From the NCBI GenBank assembly GCA_038736825.1, contig JAVYME010000025.1, forward strand, positions 1 to 16,905: 16,905 nucleotides of DNA. The letters are read 5' to 3'. Every line of letters starts with the position of its first letter. Within the stretch, counting starts at the first letter, position 1. This document shows positions 8,170 through 14,500 of the stretch, one piece after another. Position numbers and translations under genes: made by a program. Source of the stretch: Candidatus Iainarchaeum sp. GTDB taxonomy: Archaea > Iainarchaeota > Iainarchaeia > Iainarchaeales > DTGL01. The notes below the pieces were generated by a model, which worked only from the letters and a program-made list of their open reading frames with translations, made no database searches and was not told where the DNA came from.

Positions 8170-8655
8170 ATGGATGAACCCAAAAAAGAAAAAAATTCCT
8201 CAATATTTCTGATAACCGCAATATTATGGGGTTTTGTGGGAACAGCCTGCTTGTTGGACTTCTTCCTAAAACCAGCCCAATACTTGCGAGCAACAGACTT
8301 GGGTTGGGGGTTAGCCTTTTGCTATCTCGCAATAGTTTTCGCTTACCAATACCATGCAAGCAAATCAGGAAAAGAATTCAAAACAAGCAATAAAAAACTG
8401 GCTGCCCTGATTTTAATCGCAATCCCGATAGCAATAACTTCCACAGTCCTAGCCAAACCCATAATCCATTCAAGGCTTTTGAATGAATGCGAGCAAATCC
8501 CAGTGCTAGCAGCAGAAGGCATGACAAGCCCAGCACTAGAATACTGCTATTACAATGCAGCAATCCAAACAAAAGACGCCACAATTTGCGAAAAAATCAA
8601 AAACCCAGAAACAAAAAAAGACTGTTATAGCAAAACTCGCACCCTAGAAGGCTAA
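8170..8655 (+). CDS. Small membrane protein (3 predicted TM helices) with a C-terminal 4-Cys extracytoplasmic domain; function unknown
   Basis: ATG 8170 is preceded by GGGTG (8160-8164, 5-nt spacer). Hydrophobic segments are SSIFLITAILWGFVGTACLL, GWGLAFCYLAIVFAY and LAALILIAIPIAITSTVLA. The tail is NECEQ...EYCYYNAAIQTKDATICEKIKNPETKKDCY. I recognise no family. Confidence 0.65.
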   Translation: MDEPKKEKNSSIFLITAILWGFVGTACLLDFFLKPAQYLRATDLGWGLAFCYLAIVFAYQYHASKSGKEFKTSNKKLAALILIAIPIAITSTVLAKPIIHSRLLNECEQIPVLAAEGMTSPALEYCYYNAAIQTKDATICEKIKNPETKKDCYSKTRTLEG

Positions 8656-8792
8656 AAGCACTAAACCACATTAACTGCAAACAAAAAAAAAACAATCATT
8701 GCACTCAAAAAACACCAGCCAAAAAAAAATCTTTCCAAAAAAATTCTAAAAAAAAAGGCTGGCAAAAAATCAAACTTTTATCTTAAAAGGTA

Positions 8793-9026
8793 ATTCAATG
8801 GCAATGCCCAAAATGCGGTTCAACCGAAATAGAAAAAGGGCGAACAATCTCTGAAAAAAAAATTGTCTTTAAAGGCGAAACCCAAAGCGCACTCGAAATG
8901 GGACACGAAATAACCCCCCATGCATGCAAATCCCGTGGCTTCACAGAATTCTATACGGAAATCACAAAAAAAAGAAGCTTGGGCTCGCTCTTCACCTTGC
9001 AGCCAGCTGGTCCTCCAAAACAATAA
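8793..9026 (+). CDS. Candidate small Zn-ribbon protein (77 codons) lacking a canonical start codon
   Basis: Absent from the ORF track. The frame from 8793 reads IQWQCPKCGSTEIEKGRTISEKKIVFKGETQSALEMGHEITPHACKSRGFTEFYTEITKKRSLGSLFTLQPAGPPKQ*, with an in-frame TAA at 8784-8786 upstream and the stop at 9024-9026. CPKCGS plus H-x-C...G-F-x-E-F-Y resembles small zinc-ribbon proteins. The only near-N-terminal start options are ATT 8793, or ATG 8798 which is 1 nt out of frame. Confidence 0.4.
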   Translation: MQWQCPKCGSTEIEKGRTISEKKIVFKGETQSALEMGHEITPHACKSRGFTEFYTEITKKRSLGSLFTLQPAGPPKQ

Positions 9027-9173
9027 ATTCGAACAGTAAGCAAAGGAATAGAAGAAACAAAAGAACGCCAAAAACCACGCTCAGCCGCGCCCCCCTTTCA
9101 GCCACACCACTCAACCCATCCAAAAAAAAAACACTACAAAAAAGTGCAAAAAAAATGCCTTTCTCGAATAGGC

Positions 9174-9179
9174 TTTTAA
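9174..9179 (+). promoter_or_regulatory. TATA-like box (TTTTAA) 26-31 nt upstream of the GIDE-like gene ATG
   Basis: GGCTTTTAAGTAGAACGTCTTATTTTTTCTTGCA is followed by ATG. No SD motif is visible. Confidence 0.3.
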
Positions 9180-9204
9180 GTAGAACGTCTTATTTTTTCT
9201 TGCA

Positions 9205-10002
9205 ATGGCTCATGGTTTGATAGGCTTTGCCGCCAGCATTTTTGCCATTTCAACTGTTATCTTTTTTTTCTTGACGGGAATTACCTTTATTCTTTTGATT
9301 TTTTCATTGCTTTTTGGTTTCAACTTTCCTTGGCCTAACCCGTATCTTGATTTTTTCGCGCTTGGCGGTTTTTTTTCTTTGGAATTTTGCCTAGTTTTTG
9401 CTGGCATTGAACGTGTTTTGCTTGCCAGGCTTATAAGGAAAAAGGAAACGTCCAGCATTTTAATGCTTGAAAAGGGTCTTAACGAGGTTTCAGGCACTGT
9501 CGTGCCACTCGAGGGCAAAACAGTTGTTTCACCGCTTTCAGGCAAAAACTGCGTTTATTATTCTTATAAAATTGAAAGGGAAGGGATAAAGGATTGGCAT
9601 ACAGTGAAAGAAGAGGTGATTGCCAACCCCTTTCTTTTAAAGGACAGTTCGGGCCAAATCCTGGTTTTGCCAGAGGATGCAGAAATGCAGTTAGCGGGCG
9701 AGATAAAAAAGAAGGGAAAGGAAAGGCATTCAGAGCAAATAATTTGCCCTGGCGACAGGCTTTTTGCCGTCGGTGTTGTCGACGACGCTGGACGAGTTTC
9801 AAAAGAGATTGGTGTTCCATTTTCATCCAAGTTTGTGTTAAAAAAACGCGGTTTTTTCTTTGCCTCCCCCTGCATCATCTCAAATCAAAGCAAAGAAACA
9901 CTCTTGAAAGAATTAAAGGACGAATCGCTTTCTTTTTTCGCCATAGCAGCGGTTTTCCCGGTTTTAATAATTGTGGTGGCTTTGCTGGAATGGCTGTTCT
10001 AG
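9205..10002 (+). CDS. GIDE-domain-like membrane protein (N-terminal TM helices, soluble domain, C-terminal TM)
   Basis: The stretch VSGTVVPLEGKTVVSPLSGKNCVYYSYKIEREG...WHTVKEEVIANPFLLKDSSGQILVLPEDAEMQ matches my recollection of the GIDE family core (SP-x-SG-x-x-CVYY ... pF-x-l-x-D-x-sG-x-i-x-V). There are hydrophobic N-terminal segments and a C-terminal FFAIAAVFPVLIIVVALLEWLF. A TATA-like TTTTAA lies at 9174-9179. Confidence 0.6.
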   Translation: MAHGLIGFAASIFAISTVIFFFLTGITFILLIFSLLFGFNFPWPNPYLDFFALGGFFSLEFCLVFAGIERVLLARLIRKKETSSILMLEKGLNEVSGTVVPLEGKTVVSPLSGKNCVYYSYKIEREGIKDWHTVKEEVIANPFLLKDSSGQILVLPEDAEMQLAGEIKKKGKERHSEQIICPGDRLFAVGVVDDAGRVSKEIGVPFSSKFVLKKRGFFFASPCIISNQSKETLLKELKDESLSFFAIAAVFPVLIIVVALLEWLF

Positions 10003-10360
10003 TTTACTGCATTGAATGAAAACGTTTTTGGCACGCTAAAAACCTGAAAGAATGGCTCCTTGAAAAAAAAGGATTGGTTTTGGTTTGCCGCCTTTTGCAC
10101 AAAAAAAAAAACGTTAACTCCGGCAAAAAAAAAACATGCAATCACAAACACGCAAAAATAAAACCCTGTTTTTAGGGCTTTAAAACCCACTAAAAAACAC
10201 TTTAAAAAAAAAAGCAAGAATAATGCCAGAGAATTAAAAATTTAAACCCTTAAACCCGCTTTTCACAAAAAAAAGCCAAAAAAAGCCAGAAAAACAATTC
10301 AAGGAAAGCAATTCCAAAAACAAAAACCAAAAGAATTAAAACAACCAAATTTAAACCCGC

Positions 10361-10369
10361 AAAAAAAAA
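10361..10369 (-). terminator. Oligo-T (T9) tract 6 nt downstream of the tRNA-Leu 3' end
   Basis: The minus strand reads ...CCCCGCA CTCTTG TTTTTTTTT GCGGG. Confidence 0.5.
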
Positions 10370-10375
10370 CAAGAG

Positions 10376-10459
10376 TGCGGGGTAGCAGATTCGAACTGCT
10401 GAAGGCACTAAGCCACAAGGCCCTCAACCTTGCCGGTTAGACCGCTCCCGCAACCCCGC
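10376..10459 (-). tRNA. tRNA-Leu (anticodon GAG), type II with long variable arm, no encoded CCA
   Basis: Minus-strand sequence: GCGGGGTTGCGGGAGCGGTCTAACCGGCAAGGTTGAGGGCCTTGTGGCTTAGTGCCTTCAGCAGTTCGAATCTGCTACCCCGCA. My manual fold gives a 7-bp acceptor stem, a 3-bp D stem with A14 and GG in the loop, and anticodon stem CAAGG/CCTTG with loop TTGAGGG (anticodon GAG, G37). It also gives a 15-nt variable arm (GGC/GCC stem), T arm AGCAG-TTCGAAT-CTGCT, and discriminator A. Confidence 0.9.
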
Positions 10460-10486
10460 AATCATAACAATATGTGAAACGATTGC

Positions 10487-10492
10487 TTTTAA
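10487..10492 (-). promoter_or_regulatory. TATA-like box (TTAAAA) 28-33 nt upstream of the tRNA-Leu 5' end
   Basis: The minus strand reads GAATTAAAAGCAATCGTTTCACATATTGTTATGAT followed by GCGGGG. The spacing fits an archaeal box A promoter. Confidence 0.4.
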
Positions 10493-10549
10493 TTCTTTGC
10501 AAAAAGCGTTTTTTACTGCAATGGCTTTTTTGGTTTGGGGTTTTTTTGC

Positions 10550-10559
10550 AAAAAAAAAA
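10550..10559 (-). terminator. Oligo-T (T10) tract 3 nt after the HIT gene stop
   Basis: The minus strand reads TAA AAC TTTTTTTTTT GC. It lies upstream of the tRNA-Leu promoter region. Confidence 0.45.
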
Positions 10560-10562
10560 GTT

Positions 10563-10997
10563 TTATTTTATTTCTCTGGCGATTTTTTTCTGGAATTTTT
10601 GTGCTTCGCCTTCTTGGTAGGAGTGCTTTGGCCACTTGAATCCGGCTTTGTCGTTTTCAAAGCGTGGGATTATGTGCATGTGAAAGTGCATTATTATTTG
10701 TCCTGCTGTGCTGCCATTGGATTGAATGAGGTTGATGCCGTCGGGTTTTAGGGCTTTCTGGATTGCGATTGCGATTTTTTTTGTTGCAATTATTGTTTCT
10801 TTTAGTTCTTTTTCTGGGATTTCTTGAAGGCTTGAAAAGTGTTTTTTTGGAATTACTAAAGTGTGGCCTTTGTTTACTGGGGCTATGTCTAGAAAGGCGA
10901 GAGTGTTTTTGGTTTCATGGATTTTGGTGCTTGGAATTTGTCCTTTGGCGATTTTGCAGAAAATGCATTCACTGGAATTGTTTTTTTTCAATTTCAA
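10563..10997 (-). CDS. HIT-family (histidine triad) nucleotide hydrolase/transferase
   Basis: The motifs are ECIFCKIAKGQIPSTKIHETKNTLAFLDIAPVNKGHTLVIPKKHF and the triad HFHMHIIPR (10674-10688). The ORF-track start at 11126 overlaps the upstream gene and adds 43 non-HIT residues. I prefer TTG 10997, which overlaps the upstream TGA as TTGA, or TTG 10991, which lies 7 nt after GGGTGG at 10999-11004. Confidence 0.85.
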   Translation of the reverse strand: MKLKKNNSSECIFCKIAKGQIPSTKIHETKNTLAFLDIAPVNKGHTLVIPKKHFSSLQEIPEKELKETIIATKKIAIAIQKALKPDGINLIQSNGSTAGQIIMHFHMHIIPRFENDKAGFKWPKHSYQEGEAQKFQKKIAREIK

Positions 10998-11365
10998 GCC
11001 ACCCTTATCTGGGCTAAATTTACGTTTCTGAAAACAAAAGAGACTGGGCCTGCGGCTGTTGCTGCTTTCAGGCTGCCATGGATTGCGCCTGTTCCATTGC
11101 CTCTTACTACAATGGATAAATCCCATAAAAAGCCGTCTGTGAGCGCGTGGATTTTGCCGCTTACTGAACTGATTTCATAGGTTTTGCCGCTCAAGTCTTT
11201 GTGCAACTGGCAGGTTTTGCCAATCATTGAAATCGCTATGTTTTTGATGCTGCCGCTTGCGGTTACTGGCACGAAAACCATTGCTTGTTTTTCGCGCATT
11301 GTTTTTTGGATTGCTTCAATTATGTTTTCGTTGTCGTTTATTTTTATTTCCACTAATTCTTGCAT
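10994..11365 (-). CDS. PPC (DUF296) domain protein
   Basis: MQELVEIKINDNENIIEAIQKTMREKQAMVFVPVTASGSIKNIAIS...YEISSVSGKIHALTDGFLWDLSIVVRGNGTGAIHGSLKAA...VSFVF resembles the PPC/DUF296 beta fold (EI-x-S-x-sG-x-i ... H-x-s ... G-G-x-L pattern). I place the start at ATG 11365, which follows GGGGTGAT (11372-11379) by 6 nt, with TATAAA at 11403-11408. The ORF-track start at 11512 would add 49 basic low-complexity residues. Confidence 0.6.
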   Translation of the reverse strand: MQELVEIKINDNENIIEAIQKTMREKQAMVFVPVTASGSIKNIAISMIGKTCQLHKDLSGKTYEISSVSGKIHALTDGFLWDLSIVVRGNGTGAIHGSLKAATAAGPVSFVFRNVNLAQIRVA

Positions 11366-11517
11366 TACCATATCACCCCGGAAAGAGAATTGCAAAAGAG
11401 CATTTATAGAAGGCGAATAAACTTTTAAACGTTTTTGCTGGCTGGCATTTTTTTGGCGGTTTTTGAAGGCACTAGAAAAAAGTTTTTTCGGGTTTTGCCG
11501 AACGCTGGGCAAACCAA

Positions 11518-11527
11518 TTTAAAATAA
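11518..11527 (+). promoter_or_regulatory. TATA-like box (TTTAAAATAA) 28-37 nt upstream of the A2M ATG, in the divergent intergenic region shared with the PPC gene
   Basis: TTTAAAATAATAAAACTAGTAATTATTGGGTGATTTT is followed by ATG. The PPC gene has its own TATAAA at 11403-11408 on the minus strand. Confidence 0.3.
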
Positions 11528-11554
11528 TAAAACTAGTAATTATTGGGTGATTTT

Positions 11555-14500
11555 ATGAAAAAAATGCTTTGGTTTTTTGTTTTTGGCTTGTTTTTTGGGC
11601 AAGTGTTTGCGCAGGCGGTGGTGGAAGCGCCTGCAGTAAACATTGTTGGTTCAAGTGGTGGCTATTATCCTTACAACCGCTATTTTTACATTAGCATTAA
11701 TGAAAAGTTTTTGTTGGGTGACAGGGTTGAAGCACAGGTTTGCGGTTCAGGCATTGCAACCCTTGAAGTTTACAGGTTTGAGGATTTGTCAGTGTTGATT
11801 AAGCGAATGTCGGCTTATTCCAGCTCGCAACCCGAAGAATTACTGAAAAACGAAAAACCTTTAAAGGTTGTAACGGTTCAGCTTGGAATGGGTGAAGAGT
11901 GCAAGAAAGCGGACCTGCAAATTTCACAGGGAGGGCTTTATTTTGTAAAGGGTTATTCCACAGAGTCAGAGCAAAAACCAACTGCGTTTTTTTCAGTTGA
12001 AGAAATTGCCTTAATGGTGAAATCCGGAAAGCAAAAAAAAGTGTTTTTTGCAGTTGATGCCAAGTCAGGAAAACCCTTAAGCGGGGTCGAAATATTCTTG
12101 ATAGAGGCAAAAAATTCTTGGTTTGAAGAAAAACCGGAAATAATTGAAAAAAGCATTGGTTTCACCAACAATACTGGATTGCTGGAATGGCAGAGCGAAA
12201 AACCAAAGCAAAACTATTCCTTGCAAATGTTTATTGCAAAAAAAGGCAGTTCTCTTGCCTTTGTGACAGACTACACTTACTGGTACGAGCAAGAGCAAAA
12301 AGCATTATACCTTTTCACTGACCGCCCTATTTACAGGCCAAACCAGAGGGTTTTCTTTAAGGGAATTCTTTGGAATACTGGAATTCAAAAAAGCGCTGTT
12401 GAAGGCGAAAAAATAGAGATAAAAATCAGGGATTCAAAGTATGCTGAGGTTTTCAGGGAAACCTATACCACTGGAGCGCTTGGTTCTTTTGAGGGCAGTT
12501 TTTTGCTTGGAGAGGAACCACCCCTTGGATATTATTATGTTGAGGCAAGAAAAGGCGAACAATATTTGGGGAGTGCGTCCTTTCAAGTGCAAGAGTACAG
12601 AAAACCAGAATTTGAAGTGAAAGTGAATCCTTCAAAGGAAGTGTTTGTTGGCGGTGAAAGAGCGCGCGTGGAAATAAAGGCAGAATATTTTTTCAAGGCA
12701 CCAGTGCAAAACGCAAAAACAATGTATAGAGTGTATTCTTCTTACTATCAAAGCCCTTGCTATGGTTATTGGAGGTGCGCTTACTATGAACTCCAAGAAA
12801 CAGGTTATTATGATTCTTATTATCCTCCATATTATTATGGAAGAAACCTGATTATAGAGAGCGAAACCATTACAGACAGTGAAGGCAAAGCCTTTATAGA
12901 GTTTGACACAAACGCTGACAGAGAGAAAAGGTATTATATTGAAGCAACAGTTGTGGATGAAAGCAACCGGCAGGTTAACGGTTCAGGGCAAATAATTGTA
13001 GCGCCAGCGCTTTTCAGGCTAACAGTAATGCCTGACAAGTGGTGGTATGCTGAAAACGAAAAAGCCAGAATAACGGTTTCATTGAACGATTTTGAAGGCA
13101 ATCCGGTTAACGCAGAGGCTTCAGTGAAAATTTTTAAATTAAACTGGAACATTGACTTGAAAAAATACGATCAAACAATAGTGAAACAGGAAACCTTGGT
13201 GGCAAACGAAGGCAAAGCAGAATTCTTTGCAGTTTTGCCGGCAGGAGAATACTTGATAGAAGCAACAGCGGTTGACGCAAAAGGAAACACAGTGAAAGGG
13301 CAAAACTCTTTCAGTGTGAGCTCTCAAGCAATCGAAAGCAAAATCCAAGAATTGCAGGCATCGCTTGACAGGGACATATACTTGGCAGGCGAAAGCGCGA
13401 TTGTGACAATAAAAATGCCAGAGGCACCGTTTTATGCGCTTGTTTCAGTTGAAGGCACAGATCTTTTCTCTTATGAAACGGTTTACTCTGAAAAAAACAG
13501 CCTATCCTATCAAGTGGACATAACAGAAAACCACCAGCCCAACGCATTCGCATACATAACAGGGGTTCAGGGCGGAAAAGTCTTCACAAAAAGCCTTCGC
13601 TTAAACGTTCCACCCAAAGAAAAGAAAATAGATTTAAGCATTCAAACAAACTCCCAATACTACAAGCCAGGCGAAAAAGCAAAATACACAATAAAAGCCA
13701 CATCCCAAGGACAACCCATTGAAACAGAAATCGCAATAATGATAGTGGACGAAGCAATCTACCAGCTAGCAAAAGACAACAAGCAAGACATTTTCAAATT
13801 CTTCTTCAAACCAGAATACAATCAAGTGACAACCCAATGGAACCTGGGAGGATACTATTACGATTACCATGCAAGAAAAACACTGGGCGGCGAAGGCCCA
13901 ATGCCAACGCCTTCTGCGCCTCCAATCATGGAGGAAGCCCAAAAAGTTTCAGGGGAAAAACAGTACGCTCAAGCAGAGGTAAGGAAAACCTTTGCAGACA
14001 CAGCTTACTGGAACGCTTTCCTTAAAACCGATTCCCAGGGAATAGCGGAACTGGAAGTGCCATTGCCGGACAATCTCACAACATGGCGTGCGACAGCAAT
14101 AGCAAACTCCAAAACAAAGGCAGGCGCAAGCGAAAACAAGATTGCAGTCACAAAAAACCTGATTGCAAGACTGATAATGCCCAAGTTTGCAGTGAAAGGC
14201 GACGAATTCACAGTAAAAGCAATAGTGCACAACAGCCTTCCCGAAATGAAAACCGCACTCGTAAAAATTGAAGCCGACAACCTGGAATTCCCGGAAGGAA
14301 ACGAAATGGAAATAACAATTGCAACAGGCAAAAGCGAAACCGCAGAATTCAAGGCAATAGCAAAAAAATGCTGTTCTGCAAAAATAAAACTGCAAGCCCT
14401 AACAGACACAGAATCAGACGCTCTGGAAATAACAATTCCAGTGCTGCCCTGGGGCGTGAAAGAATTTGAAACAATTTCAGGCGAAGCAGGGCAAAAAACC

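Noticed and set aside
8820-9220. ORF-track entries 8820..9071 (minus, 83 aa) and 8924..9220 (plus, 98 aa)
   Set aside because: The first is antisense to the more convincing Zn-ribbon frame and is Phe/Cys low complexity. The second is a Lys/Ser/Asn/Arg-rich read-through of A-rich intergenic DNA.
9999-10217. 72-aa Phe-rich minus-strand ORF (TTG start) in the A-rich gap, about 21 nt downstream of a TATA-like TTTAAATTTTTAA
   Set aside because: The minus strand here is poly-T rich and A-poor, so stop codons are rare and TTT codons dominate by chance. It has no SD motif, no other motif, and an odd composition. It is mentioned in the gap finding but not called as a gene.
9027-10459. Integrated mobile element at the tRNA-Leu 3' end, prompted by an ATTCGAAC match at about 9027-9036 to the tRNA T-loop region
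   Set aside because: The match is only 8 nt, which is expected by chance. No integrase, no longer direct repeat of the tRNA 3' half, and no compositional break are visible.
10998-11512. N-terminal extensions of the HIT ORF (to 11126) and the PPC ORF (to 11512) as given in the ORF track
   Set aside because: The extensions overlap the neighbouring gene or promoter, are basic low complexity, and precede better-supported starts (SD motifs, TATA box, onset of the conserved domain).
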